Program-made: the position numbers and the translations under genes
Notes under the pieces: model-generated
The model's input: the letters and a program-made list of their open reading frames with translations, nothing else
What the model was told of the DNA's origin: nothing
Database searches by the model: none
Origin: Minisyncoccota bacterium
Lineage (GTDB): Bacteria > Patescibacteriota > Minisyncoccia > Phycocordibacterales > UBA9973
Length of the DNA: 64,000 nucleotides
Direction: 5' to 3'
NCBI GenBank assembly: GCA_041664605.1
Contig: JBAYKO010000002.1
Location: 7,453 to 71,452, forward strand
Shown: piece by piece, positions 28,107-38,303 of the stretch
How the letters are laid out: the number at the start of each line of letters is the position of its first letter
Position numbering within the stretch: the first letter of the stretch is position 1

Positions 28107-29936
28107 CTATAAAATTTCCACAATTCTTAATCTTATTTCTGATCTTCCACGAAAAATATTCTTTTCAATACACCCCACAAAACTAATTTTACTACCTATC
28201 CCTAGGTTATGTTTGTCTTTTTTATCTTTGGCAAAAAAACTAATTGCCTTAACACTCTCACTATTTTCTTTCTTAAAAATAACTTCCAAATGTAGTTGTC
28301 CTTTTCCAAAATATCTAAATTCTTCAATTTTTAAATCTTGAAAATAAAAAAGTGGTTTAGGGTTTGAAATACCAAACGGAGAAAGCATTTCAATAATTTT
28401 ATAATTTTTTTCATTCACATCTTCAACTTCCATTTTTTTATCAACCAAAGTTTTTTTATTATAATTTTTTTTATCCTGCGAAGCCTCGGCGTAGCAAGAC
28501 AAAATTCTTTCTTCTAGAAAATAAATTTCTTCATGTGAGACCGAAAAACCACCAGCCATTTCATGTCCACCGAAATTGGTAAAAGTTTTCTCTCCAGCTA
28601 ACTTCATTAAAAGTGAGAGGTCTAAATCACCGCATGATCTACATGATCCTTTTATATCTTCTCCTCCCTCCATTCCCCAAACAAAAACTGATTTTCCGTA
28701 TTCTTCAGAAATTTTTGAAGCCACAATTCCCAAAACTCCAATTCGCCATTTTGGATTTCCTATAACAATAATTTCTTTTTCTTCACCAGACTCTATTCTT
28801 TTTTCTAAAGTTGCTTTTGCTTCTTTCACAATACCTGCCACAATAATTTTTCTATCATCATTTATTTTACTCAAGTGAAGTGCTAGTGCCCCTGCTTCCT
28901 TTTCATCATCTGTTGCAAGTAATTCAAAAGCACGCCATGGATTATCCATTCTTGAAGCGGCATTTATTTTAGGCACAATAGAAAAAGAAATATCATCTTC
29001 TGTTAAATATCTTGGATCAATATACATAAGAGCTAAGAGTTTTTGAAGTCCAAGCCGGCGATTTTTTCTTAAAACTTTCAAACCGAAATAAGCAAAAACT
29101 CTATTTTCTCCAACCAAAGGAACTGAATCAGCAACCGTTGCAAGTCCAACCATATCTAAAAGCCATTTTTCCCATCCCTCACTAATTTTTTCCGAGAAAA
29201 AATTAGTGAGGGATGAATCCTTACTCTTTCCAACTTCTTCATTATATTTTCGTATCAGTGCTTGAATTAATTTAAAAGCCACTCCTGCTCCACAAAGCAT
29301 TTTAAAAGGATATTCATCATCTTCTTGTTTAGAATTTAAAATTGCATAGGCCGGAGGTAAAATAGTCCCAGGAATATGATGGTCTGTAACTATTACGTCA
29401 ATTCCTAAATCGTTCGCATATTTTATTTCATCTACATCTGTTATTCCAAGATCAACAGTAATTAGAAGTGATGCTTTTTTATTGGAAATTTTCAAAATAG
29501 ATTCTTTGTTTAAGCCATAACCCTCATCGTGTCGGTGCGGAATATAAATTTCATAATTTTCATATTTAATTTTTTTAAAAAAGTCGTTGAAAATTACACA
29601 ACCGGGAATTCCATCAGAGTCATAATCACCAAAAACCACAATTTTTTCATTTTGTTTTATGGCAAGCATTATTCTTTGCACAGCCCTTTCCATTCCAAGC
29701 ATTAAAAATGGGTCATGTAAATCATTTTCGTAAGATGGATTTAAAAATTTCTCTGATTCTTCTTTAGTGATAATTCCTCTATTAAAAAGTAACCTTTTTA
29801 CCAATTCCGGATAACCATCAAAATCTGTTATATTTTCATGGCCCAGAGGATAAAAAGCATATTTATCACCTAAAGAAAGTTTTTTATTATCATTTCGCAA
29901 CGAATCAGAAGAAACATCCATACTTTCAACTTTCAT
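28107..29936 (-). CDS. recJ: Single-stranded-DNA-specific exonuclease RecJ
   Basis: DHH motifs (VVFGDYDSDGIPG, ITVDLGITD, DVIVTDHH) and a DHHA1 region. Start taken at MKVESMDV (29936); the ORF track extends to 30011. Confidence 0.85.
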   Translation of the reverse strand: MKVESMDVSSDSLRNDNKKLSLGDKYAFYPLGHENITDFDGYPELVKRLLFNRGIITKEESEKFLNPSYENDLHDPFLMLGMERAVQRIMLAIKQNEKIVVFGDYDSDGIPGCVIFNDFFKKIKYENYEIYIPHRHDEGYGLNKESILKISNKKASLLITVDLGITDVDEIKYANDLGIDVIVTDHHIPGTILPPAYAILNSKQEDDEYPFKMLCGAGVAFKLIQALIRKYNEEVGKSKDSSLTNFFSEKISEGWEKWLLDMVGLATVADSVPLVGENRVFAYFGLKVLRKNRRLGLQKLLALMYIDPRYLTEDDISFSIVPKINAASRMDNPWRAFELLATDDEKEAGALALHLSKINDDRKIIVAGIVKEAKATLEKRIESGEEKEIIVIGNPKWRIGVLGIVASKISEEYGKSVFVWGMEGGEDIKGSCRSCGDLDLSLLMKLAGEKTFTNFGGHEMAGGFSVSHEEIYFLEERILSCYAEASQDKKNYNKKTLVDKKMEVEDVNEKNYKIIEMLSPFGISNPKPLFYFQDLKIEEFRYFGKGQLHLEVIFKKENSESVKAISFFAKDKKDKHNLGIGSKISFVGCIEKNIFRGRSEIRLRIVEIL

Positions 29937-30011
29937 GATATGATTATAACAAGTAAAGTTGAAAGTTATAAAGTTTATAAAGTTATAAAGCAAAAAAATA
30001 TAATAAATCAA

Positions 30012-30428
30012 ATGGAAAACTGTTTATTTTGTAAAATTATAAAAAAAGAAATTGATAGCTCGATTATATATGAAGATGATAAATTTATAGCTATTTTAGA
30101 CATAAGCCCAATAAATATTGGTCATTCATTGTTAATCCCAAAAGAACATTCTGTAAACATTTTTGATATCAAAGAAGAAACACTAAGTGAAGCTGCACCA
30201 ATATTGAAAAAATTATCTTTAGCTATAAAAAAAGCAGTAGATGCCGATGGAATTAATATTCACATGAATAACGAAGAAGCAGGTGGACAAGCTATTATGC
30301 ACACACACTTTCATGTAATTCCAAGATATAAAGATGATGGAATAGTCCAATGGAAATCAGTACGAGGATACTCTGGAGAAGACGAAGAACAAGAAATAAT
30401 AATAAAAATCAAAAGCGCCTTAAAATAG
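30012..30428 (+). CDS. HIT-family (histidine triad) protein
   Basis: MENCLFCKII N-terminus and the HTHFHVIPR triad. Confidence 0.85.
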   Translation: MENCLFCKIIKKEIDSSIIYEDDKFIAILDISPINIGHSLLIPKEHSVNIFDIKEETLSEAAPILKKLSLAIKKAVDADGINIHMNNEEAGGQAIMHTHFHVIPRYKDDGIVQWKSVRGYSGEDEEQEIIIKIKSALK

Positions 30429-30453
30429 GCGCTTTTGATTTTTATCCCCCAAT

Positions 30454-30485
30454 TTACATATTTACGCCATGGCGTAAATATGTAA
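30454..30485. promoter_or_regulatory. Perfect 32-bp palindrome TTACATATTTACGCCATGGCGTAAATATGTAA between convergent HIT and pgk
   Basis: Exact reverse-complement symmetry. It lies downstream of the HIT terminator hairpin (aaagcgccttaaaataggcgcttt). Confidence 0.6.
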
Positions 30486-30528
30486 CTTAAGATTTTTATA
30501 TTAAATAAACCTCAATTTTTAAATTTAT

Positions 30529-31659
30529 TTAATTCTTTCCTTTCTCAAGAGCCCTGATCCCAGGAAGTGTTCCTTTTGAAAGATAATCTATCATTGCTCC
30601 TCCACCAGTTGAAACAAAATTTATTTTATTTTCAATCTTCAGTTTTGAAATGGTGGTGACAGTATCCCCTCCACCTATTATTGTTTTAGCATCAGTTTTT
30701 ACTAAAAATTTAATTAACTCCGATGTTGCTTTATCGAAGCCTTCTTCGTAAACTCCAAGTGGCCCATTCCATAAAACAAGCTTTGATTTTGTGATATAAC
30801 TTTCAAGTATTTTTATTGTTTCTTCTCCAACATCAACTATTTTTTCATCGTGGAAAACCTTATCAACCTTCCTTGTAGAAACTTTTTTACCGTCAGTTAC
30901 AAGAACATCAACTGGTAAAATAATTTTACTATTTTTTATTAAACTTCTTAACCCAAAATTTTTATTATCAAAAGAAGATGTCCCTATTTCAAAACCTTGT
31001 TCTTTAAAAAAATTATTCGCAATTGCCCCACCGATAAAAATATAGTCAGCAATTTTTACATATTTTTTTATCAAAGGCATTTTTGTTTCAAATTTTGCAC
31101 CACCCAAGATAAACAAAAAAGGATGTTCTGGTTTTTTAAACAAGGCTTCCAGATGATGAATTTCCTCTTCAAAATTAAGCCCCATATAGCTCGGTAAAAA
31201 TTTAGTTATTGAATCAATAGATGCATGGTTTCTATGTGAAGAAGAAAAAGCTTCGTTTACATAAATATCTCCTAGTCGTGAGATTCCACGAGCAAAAGAC
31301 ACGTCATCTTTCTTTTCTCCTTCATGTTTCCTTAAATTCTCTAGCAGAAAAACTGAATTATTTTTCATTTTAGCAACCTCATCATTAACATTATCTCCCA
31401 AAGAAGTCGGGATAAAAACTGTCGGAATAATTTTATTTAAATAATCTGCCACAGGTTTTAAACTTTGACTCCCATCATCTCCGATATGGCTTATCAAAAT
31501 AATTTTTGCTCCTTTTGATTTTAAAAATTCTATTGTTGGTAATGATTTTCTAATACGAAAATCATCAAAAACCTTACCATTTTTTAATGGAACATTAAAA
31601 TCAACTCGAACAATTATTTTTTTTCCTTTTAAATTATTAGCCTTTTTTATTGAATTCAT
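30529..31659 (-). CDS. pgk: Phosphoglycerate kinase
   Basis: 376 aa with the VRVDFNVP N-terminal motif and GGGAMIDYL-type C-terminal motifs. Confidence 0.93.
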   Translation of the reverse strand: MNSIKKANNLKGKKIIVRVDFNVPLKNGKVFDDFRIRKSLPTIEFLKSKGAKIILISHIGDDGSQSLKPVADYLNKIIPTVFIPTSLGDNVNDEVAKMKNNSVFLLENLRKHEGEKKDDVSFARGISRLGDIYVNEAFSSSHRNHASIDSITKFLPSYMGLNFEEEIHHLEALFKKPEHPFLFILGGAKFETKMPLIKKYVKIADYIFIGGAIANNFFKEQGFEIGTSSFDNKNFGLRSLIKNSKIILPVDVLVTDGKKVSTRKVDKVFHDEKIVDVGEETIKILESYITKSKLVLWNGPLGVYEEGFDKATSELIKFLVKTDAKTIIGGGDTVTTISKLKIENKINFVSTGGGAMIDYLSKGTLPGIRALEKGKN

Positions 31660-31663
31660 TTTT

Positions 31664-32443
31664 TTACTTTACACTCTTTAATATTTCTCCAAACTTTTTT
31701 GAATCTAAACTATCTCTACCAACTAAAAGCCCATCTGCTCCACCATTTTCCAAAAAATCTTTTGCATTTTTATGATTTACTGATCCACCATAAACTATTC
31801 TTAGGGAAGAAATATTCTTTACCCCAAACATATCCGATAAAACCCTTCTAATAAAAATACTCATTTCTAAAAATTCTTCTGGTATTGCTTGTCTTTTTGC
31901 ATTTTTCCCAATCGCCCAAATGGGTTCATAAGCAATTATTAATTTGGAAAACATATTTTTAGAGAAACCCTTTAATCCTTCTTCAATTTCTTTCTTAATA
32001 AAAGTCAAATATTCATGATTTTCATCTCTTTCTCTTTCGCCAACACACAAAATTGGGATTATTTTATTTTTCAAACAAGCTTTTATTTTTAAATTAGTCA
32101 TTTCATTTGTCTCACCAAATGCCCGTTTTTCCGAATGACCAACAATCGAATATTTTATCCCTAAGTAATAAAGCATCCTTGGAGAAATTTCTCCAGTAAA
32201 AGAGCCTGATTCTTCCCAGTATAAATCTTGTGCCCCAATAGAAAAATTCTCACTTTTTGAATTTTTAGCCAAATTTTCAAGAAAAATAAAAGGAGGACAA
32301 ATAACCACCTTAGCCTTATTGATTCCGGAAGCTATTTTTTTAATAGCAAAGAACTCTTTTTTCGCCTCGCGCGTTGTCAAAGGGTTCATTTTCCAATTTC
32401 CTATGATAATTTTCCTACCTGTTGACATTATTTTATCCAACAC
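31664..32443 (-). CDS. tpiA: Triosephosphate isomerase
   Basis: 259 aa with IIGNWKMN, AYEPIWAIG and YGGSV motifs. Confidence 0.93.
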   Translation of the reverse strand: MLDKIMSTGRKIIIGNWKMNPLTTREAKKEFFAIKKIASGINKAKVVICPPFIFLENLAKNSKSENFSIGAQDLYWEESGSFTGEISPRMLYYLGIKYSIVGHSEKRAFGETNEMTNLKIKACLKNKIIPILCVGERERDENHEYLTFIKKEIEEGLKGFSKNMFSKLIIAYEPIWAIGKNAKRQAIPEEFLEMSIFIRRVLSDMFGVKNISSLRIVYGGSVNHKNAKDFLENGGADGLLVGRDSLDSKKFGEILKSVK

Positions 32444-32633
32444 TAAATTGTGTTATTGGTATGTGTTTATTAAAAAATAGAGACAAAAACCTCCATATTG
32501 CTATATCAATTACTCAAAAAGGAGATTAAAATGAACATAATTTAGTGCTGGATTTATTTTACCACAAATAATCAAAAACCCCTCCGATTTTTATCAGCAG
32601 GGGTTTTTAAATTTAATATAATTATTTACTCAA

Positions 32634-33941
32634 CTAAGGCTGTAGAACACCACCAATCAAGCAACCCTGGTATCCAAATACACCATTTGCTCCAGTACCA
32701 TAACCAGAATAACCAGTTCCACCATAGATAACGTTACCAGTATCCGTATTGTAAGCCCAAAGATTACAAAGAGTATTACCACCTGCTACAGCAACACCAG
32801 TGTCAACAGAGAATGGGATTAGGCGAGAACCGGCATTAGAACCAGAACCACCACTTGAAAAAATTCCCATTGATTTCGGTAGATAAACATTATTTTTTGT
32901 TTTAGTTTCTTGAGCTTTTAGTAATTCATAAAGAGCAGTCCTTGTTGTAGAATCAACTACTCCTGTTTTAATTAAGCTTTTTTCTTGTTGCAATTTAAGT
33001 ATCGCTGACCTTGTTGCACTACCAAAAGAACCAGTTATTTTTGTAGATAATGGAATATATCCTGCATTTTTTAGAATATATTGAAAAGCTTTTATTTCAT
33101 CACCTTGCATACCAAGAGCAAGAGTAAATGGGTTAGTTGGATTTTGAGCTATTAAACCACCCGAACCACCTCTATTGGTAGGTCCGCCAGTACATTCTTT
33201 AGGAGTTGCAGGCATATTTTGACCTTCACAAGAACTCCATGTCATTATTTGACCATTTAGCCAGCAATTTACAATACATGTTTTTTTATTCCAAATGAAA
33301 TCACCTCGTTGTTGTTTTAAATTTGAATAAGTTGTAGTTGGATTTTTTGTGGCAGTCGTTGTAGTAGTAGAAGTAGTTGTAGTTTTAGTTTCAGTAGTAG
33401 TATTATTAGCAATCTGAGAAGCATTTATAGTAAAAGTATTATTTGAATAATCTGTAAGACCACTTATTTGCCCAGTTGAAATTATTTTCAGTTTGAAATT
33501 ATTTGTTCCCAAAGAAGGAGCATTGACGATACTTGGAGTATGAGAAATATTACTACCAAATGAACTTTCACCTGACCCTAATGAATATGCCATTGAAGGA
33601 ATTGCCATATCAATTATCCAAACTTGTGCTCCTTGTCCAATAGCAATGTTACAACCTGACCAAGTTGGACGTATATTATCATTAAGATTGAAAATTTGCC
33701 CACCATTTGGATTTGTTACTTCTATCCAAGCAGGTGTTGTTGGTAAACAAACTCTCGCAGTAGGACCAGATGTAACAGCACTTGTTACAGCTGCTGACAG
33801 CTGAGATTGTAAATCTAGAACTTTTTGGTTAAGTTCTGAAATTTGATTCATTACATCATCTATTGTTGATGCTTTTGTTATTATTGGCATTGACACAAGC
33901 AACACCGACAATAAAATAAATAGACCTAATATTTTTTTCAT
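32634..33941 (-). CDS. Secreted protein with Thr-rich linker and a C-terminal peptidoglycan-binding (PG_binding_1-like) domain
   Basis: Signal peptide; a run of TTTETKTTTTSTTTTTATKNPTTT; a GDEIKAFQYILKNAGY...SATRSAILKLQQ PG-binding-like segment; Gly-rich tail. Confidence 0.6.
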   Translation of the reverse strand: MKKILGLFILLSVLLVSMPIITKASTIDDVMNQISELNQKVLDLQSQLSAAVTSAVTSGPTARVCLPTTPAWIEVTNPNGGQIFNLNDNIRPTWSGCNIAIGQGAQVWIIDMAIPSMAYSLGSGESSFGSNISHTPSIVNAPSLGTNNFKLKIISTGQISGLTDYSNNTFTINASQIANNTTTETKTTTTSTTTTTATKNPTTTYSNLKQQRGDFIWNKKTCIVNCWLNGQIMTWSSCEGQNMPATPKECTGGPTNRGGSGGLIAQNPTNPFTLALGMQGDEIKAFQYILKNAGYIPLSTKITGSFGSATRSAILKLQQEKSLIKTGVVDSTTRTALYELLKAQETKTKNNVYLPKSMGIFSSGGSGSNAGSRLIPFSVDTGVAVAGGNTLCNLWAYNTDTGNVIYGGTGYSGYGTGANGVFGYQGCLIGGVLQP

Positions 33942-34115
33942 AATTTATGATTGTCCTTCATAGCCTGTTTAGAATTAGAACAAAGCCGAAGGGTTAATTA
34001 ATAATAATATTTTTCAATGTTTTAATTATACCCTCTTATGTTAAAAAGTAAAAGGTAAAAGGGAATTACAAAAATCCCCTAGTTGGGGGATTTTTGTAAT
34101 TAAAATTAATTATTA

Positions 34116-35081
34116 TTACTGACAACCAGCGGGACAATCAGAATCATTATAATTTCCACCTGGCTTACATGGTCCAGCAGAAACTGTATGAGTAACAGAA
34201 TTTCCTGAATTACCGTTACTGTCAGTTACAGTTAAATTAATATTATAAACTAGAGGGTCTGTCGCTGTTGGCCCAGGTCTATCAAAAAGAAAAGTTCTTG
34301 GATTACCAGCAAATGTTTGACTAGGATAACCACCACCACTCTTTGTATATGAATAAGTTAGTGACCCAATTCCACCTTGTGATGTCCCCGTAAGTTGATA
34401 AGTTTTATCAGTACACTCAGTCCCAGTTTTATTTTGAGTAAAAGATGCAGTTACTGCTATATTAGCACTGCAATAATCCGGATTACCACCATTAATACCA
34501 GAACAATTCCAAGAATAAATATGCTGAATTGGTAGTGGGGTTGATGCTATACCAGAGTTACAAAGATTTGTAGGAGGAGATGTCACAAATTGACCATCTG
34601 ACGCACCACAAGCACCATCGATTGAGAAATCACAAATAAATAGTTTTCCTTCACTATCAGCACAAAGCTGTTTTCCTTCATTTCCAGTCAGAGAGCTGAC
34701 TCTCATTTTTCCTAAAGTATTATCAACTCCTTTAACTGTTAGGGCTTCAATATGGATGGCTGTTTCTGGATCTGTTTGTATAAGTTGAGTGTTTAAAACT
34801 GAAAGTTTTTGTGCAAATTGAGAATCTTGTGATGCTAAAAATCCAGCCACAGATAACCCTGCACTTTTTTCAAAAACAGAATTACCTTTATCTATGGGGC
34901 GACATGGATTTGAGTCTGGAAAAGATCCTGGATTATTTAGAGAAGATGATTCTGGTGTTATACAAGTATGACTATCTGATGAAACAATTTTAGAATTTCC
35001 AAAACTTAGATAACTAACAGCAATCCCAAAAACAAGCGCCAGTGATATTATTTTTATTGATTGTAATATTTCTTTTTTCAT
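34116..35081 (-). CDS. Secreted Cys-rich protein, paralog family A (start likely MKKEILQS)
   Basis: Conserved N-terminal signal MKKEILQ..KI..L.L....S.G and a Cys-rich module shared with 35242 and 36917 (VC....G.L..C.....GCG...GQ.....P..LC..G....W.W.C.G.NGG...C). Confidence 0.6.
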   Translation of the reverse strand: MKKEILQSIKIISLALVFGIAVSYLSFGNSKIVSSDSHTCITPESSSLNNPGSFPDSNPCRPIDKGNSVFEKSAGLSVAGFLASQDSQFAQKLSVLNTQLIQTDPETAIHIEALTVKGVDNTLGKMRVSSLTGNEGKQLCADSEGKLFICDFSIDGACGASDGQFVTSPPTNLCNSGIASTPLPIQHIYSWNCSGINGGNPDYCSANIAVTASFTQNKTGTECTDKTYQLTGTSQGGIGSLTYSYTKSGGGYPSQTFAGNPRTFLFDRPGPTATDPLVYNINLTVTDSNGNSGNSVTHTVSAGPCKPGGNYNDSDCPAGCQ

Positions 35082-35241
35082 CCTGTAGTGAATTTTCAAA
35101 TTGTTTTTTAAAACAGGTTTGAATTTTTAATTAATGTTTAATATTTTTTACGACTTTAATATTATTTTTTATTTTATTACCCCGTAATAATTTGAAAATC
35201 TGCTACGGGATTCATATTTTTGCTTTTATGCCAATTAGTTA

Positions 35242-36879
35242 TTAAAGTTTAGTGAATTTAATATAACCATTTCCTCCAACTCCTCCACCAGCTCCAGAGT
35301 TACAACCACCTCCACTACCACGATCTCCTCCACCTCCACCTCCACCTCCTTGTCCACCAGTACCAAGATTTCCATTATCTCCACCTGTTCCGTTACTTTC
35401 CTCACCATAAGCTCCTCCGTTTATAAGAACCCCATCGTAACAAGAAGATCCTCCTCCATTTCCACCATTACCTCCATGACCATCTGCTCTTGTATCTCCA
35501 TTGTATCCATTTCCACAACCAGAATTTTGACAAGAGTTTGGATTACAACTTCCAGCACCACCTGAACCACCTTGTCCGTAGAGATAATATGATCCATCAG
35601 TACCACCAAACCCGCCCTGACCACCAGGTGCAGACAAAGTTAAGACAGTAGTAGCTTCTCCACTTCCTCCATAATCCCCAGAAGTGACACCATCGCCACA
35701 AGCAGCACCATTATCAAAACCACGATTACCGCCAGCACCAACATGAAATGAAATCGTTTGGCCAGCAGTTAAATTTGTTTCAAGATAAGAATACCCACCC
35801 ATACCTCCTCCACCACCTCCTTGTCCACCAGTATTAGTAAGACTATCTAAAGCTCCCCCACCTCCTTGTCCTCCACCTCCACGAGCTTCAATTTTATAAT
35901 TACCACCACAACCAGCATGAATGGTATAAGACGAAGAACCTGGAGTTGTAAAATTGAAATTTGGTTGGTCACAATTAACAGGAACAGGTGCCTCACATGG
36001 TGCATCTATACCTCCGTTTATTCCAAAACATGTCCAATGCCATGATGAACCATCACTAGTAACGAGAGAAGCATTACCTTGTGAACAAAGACTGCCATAC
36101 ATATCATCTGGCGCCGAAGAAGCTGGAACAGAATCTGCTGGACCGCAAGCTCCAGGAATTGCAGGACATAAAATTAATTTTCCCAAAACATCAACACACA
36201 CCTCTTTATTACTATTATTTACCAAAGACGAAAGTTTCATATTTTGAGCTCTTTCAGTCCCAGCAACATCCAAAACATATTCGTCTGTATCAGTACCACC
36301 AAATATTTCACCAAATATTCCACCTTGAGCCAAATTAGGAATACATTGCGCCCCTAAATTGGGAACAATTTCACAATGTGTATCCGAAGGACAATTCAAA
36401 AGATCACATCCGCTTGGATTTGGAATACAAGTTGTAAAATAACAATAAAAACCAGTAGTACAAGCAGGATTACACCCTATTCCTTCAGGAGAAATAGGAT
36501 CAACAAGATCAGCTAACACTTTTTTTATATTAAAAGTTTTATTTAAAAAACTGAGTGAATTATTTATTCCTTTATAGTTAAACACTTGTTGAGATCCTCC
36601 ATTTCCTTCTTCCCCTGGAATAACAGGAGGAGTATAAGTACCAACAATTAGTTTAGTATAGAACCAGGCATTTTCTGTTGCAAAAAATGGATCAACTGCT
36701 AAATTACCATTTTTTACTTGAGCAGAAGTACTATTATTTACAGGGCCTGAAGTCGGTGTTCCTGCTTGTGATGTAGGGAAATTCCAAGTAGTGTTTGTGG
36801 CAAAAGCAAAGCCAATTGAAAGACAGACAATTAATCCTAGTATAGTTATTTTTAATCCTTGTAATATTTCTTTTTTCAT
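35242..36879 (-). CDS. Secreted Cys-rich + Gly-rich repeat protein, paralog family A
   Basis: Shared signal and Cys module, then ~200 aa of GGxGGxGG repeats (ARGGGGQGGGG...). Start taken at MKKEILQG to avoid overlap with 36917. Confidence 0.6.
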   Translation of the reverse strand: MKKEILQGLKITILGLIVCLSIGFAFATNTTWNFPTSQAGTPTSGPVNNSTSAQVKNGNLAVDPFFATENAWFYTKLIVGTYTPPVIPGEEGNGGSQQVFNYKGINNSLSFLNKTFNIKKVLADLVDPISPEGIGCNPACTTGFYCYFTTCIPNPSGCDLLNCPSDTHCEIVPNLGAQCIPNLAQGGIFGEIFGGTDTDEYVLDVAGTERAQNMKLSSLVNNSNKEVCVDVLGKLILCPAIPGACGPADSVPASSAPDDMYGSLCSQGNASLVTSDGSSWHWTCFGINGGIDAPCEAPVPVNCDQPNFNFTTPGSSSYTIHAGCGGNYKIEARGGGGQGGGGALDSLTNTGGQGGGGGGMGGYSYLETNLTAGQTISFHVGAGGNRGFDNGAACGDGVTSGDYGGSGEATTVLTLSAPGGQGGFGGTDGSYYLYGQGGSGGAGSCNPNSCQNSGCGNGYNGDTRADGHGGNGGNGGGSSCYDGVLINGGAYGEESNGTGGDNGNLGTGGQGGGGGGGGDRGSGGGCNSGAGGGVGGNGYIKFTKL

Positions 36880-36916
36880 ATTTTTTATATTTGTTTTGTT
36901 TTTAGGATTAATAATT

Positions 36917-38233
36917 TTAATTCCAGACAACCTTTAGCCAACCACTTCCACCATTTCCACCACTTCCGCCAGAGTGTAGAGAACCATATCCTCCACCTCC
37001 TCCACCTCCTCCATAACCACCAGTTTGGTTTCCTCCAGGGCCTGAAGCTCCAGGATCCCCTGCTTTTTCTGCAGGATCACCATTAAACCCAGCAGGACCA
37101 CCAAGAACAGTTACACCACTGCAACCAGTACCACCCCCATTTCCACCATTTCCATAAGTAGAAGGTTTTCCATCAGCATAATAATCAGCTGGACAATCTC
37201 CGAAATAACCGCTAGTTCCTTGGAATCCACCCCAATTTATATTGTTACCATAATCACCACCTCCTTTACCCCCAGGAGCAACCAAGTATGAACCGAATGA
37301 AGTACTCCCGGCATCTCCTCCAGGAATTCCTGTTTTGTCTTCTGTGCTTCCACTATTTGCACCACCAGCACCACCAGCACCACCAGCACCAATGGTAATC
37401 GGTATAACTTGCCCTGATGTTATTCCTAATTGTAAATAAGTATTATCTAATGAACCAAGTCCGCCACGTCCGCCTCCGCCACCTCCCATCTGGGAACCAA
37501 AGGCACTTTCATTACTACCACCAGCACCACCTCCTCCTCCACCACGAGCTGTTACTACTATATGAGAACAACCAAGTGGAACTGTCCAACTAGAAGATCC
37601 GACAGTATTAAATATTTGAGATCCAGAAATACAGGCGGGGATTGTAGCACAAGAAACCGTTGATCCGAGTGGGGGTGGAGTTGTACATGTCCAATTAAAT
37701 GGACCACCTAAAACACCAGTAACAGCAGATGGTGACCCTCCTGTAGCACAAAGATTTGTTGTTGGTGCATTCATAAATACCTGACCATATGAAGTTCCAC
37801 AACCAGGCATAACAAGATCTGGACATTTAATTAACTGCCCAATACTATTAGCACAAACTCTTTTCTGAGTTGAATTTATTAACCCTGTGATTTTTACATC
37901 ACCAGCGATTTTTTTATTTCCAAAAACTGTTAGTGTGTCCGGAATTGGTTGCCCAAGTTGATAAAATACTGGTATGTCATTCCCAACTACAACTTTTCTG
38001 TTAACACTTGAATTTTGAGTTGCTAAAAACGACATGACTGATAAATCTCCCTTTTTTACTTGAGCAACTATTCCTTCGTGAATATATGGATAGGTATTTC
38101 CATTATTAGTTAGATCTGTCGGGGGAGTGTTTGATGGGGTAAGAAATGTCTGCGCATTCAACATCCCAACACTAAGACTTATTATTAGTCCTAAAAAAAT
38201 TATTTTTCCTGCTTGTATAAAATCTTTTTTCAT
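36917..38233 (-). CDS. Secreted Cys-rich + Gly-rich repeat protein, paralog family A
   Basis: MKKDFIQAGKIIFLGLIISLSVG signal, Cys module, ARGGGGGGAGG... Gly repeats. Confidence 0.6.
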   Translation of the reverse strand: MKKDFIQAGKIIFLGLIISLSVGMLNAQTFLTPSNTPPTDLTNNGNTYPYIHEGIVAQVKKGDLSVMSFLATQNSSVNRKVVVGNDIPVFYQLGQPIPDTLTVFGNKKIAGDVKITGLINSTQKRVCANSIGQLIKCPDLVMPGCGTSYGQVFMNAPTTNLCATGGSPSAVTGVLGGPFNWTCTTPPPLGSTVSCATIPACISGSQIFNTVGSSSWTVPLGCSHIVVTARGGGGGGAGGSNESAFGSQMGGGGGGRGGLGSLDNTYLQLGITSGQVIPITIGAGGAGGAGGANSGSTEDKTGIPGGDAGSTSFGSYLVAPGGKGGGDYGNNINWGGFQGTSGYFGDCPADYYADGKPSTYGNGGNGGGTGCSGVTVLGGPAGFNGDPAEKAGDPGASGPGGNQTGGYGGGGGGGGYGSLHSGGSGGNGGSGWLKVVWN

Positions 38234-38303
38234 AGTTTTTGCTTTCCCGCAGAAGGCGGGACGCCCCGCCTTCTGCGGGACAAATTAACAATTATTTATA
38301 ATT

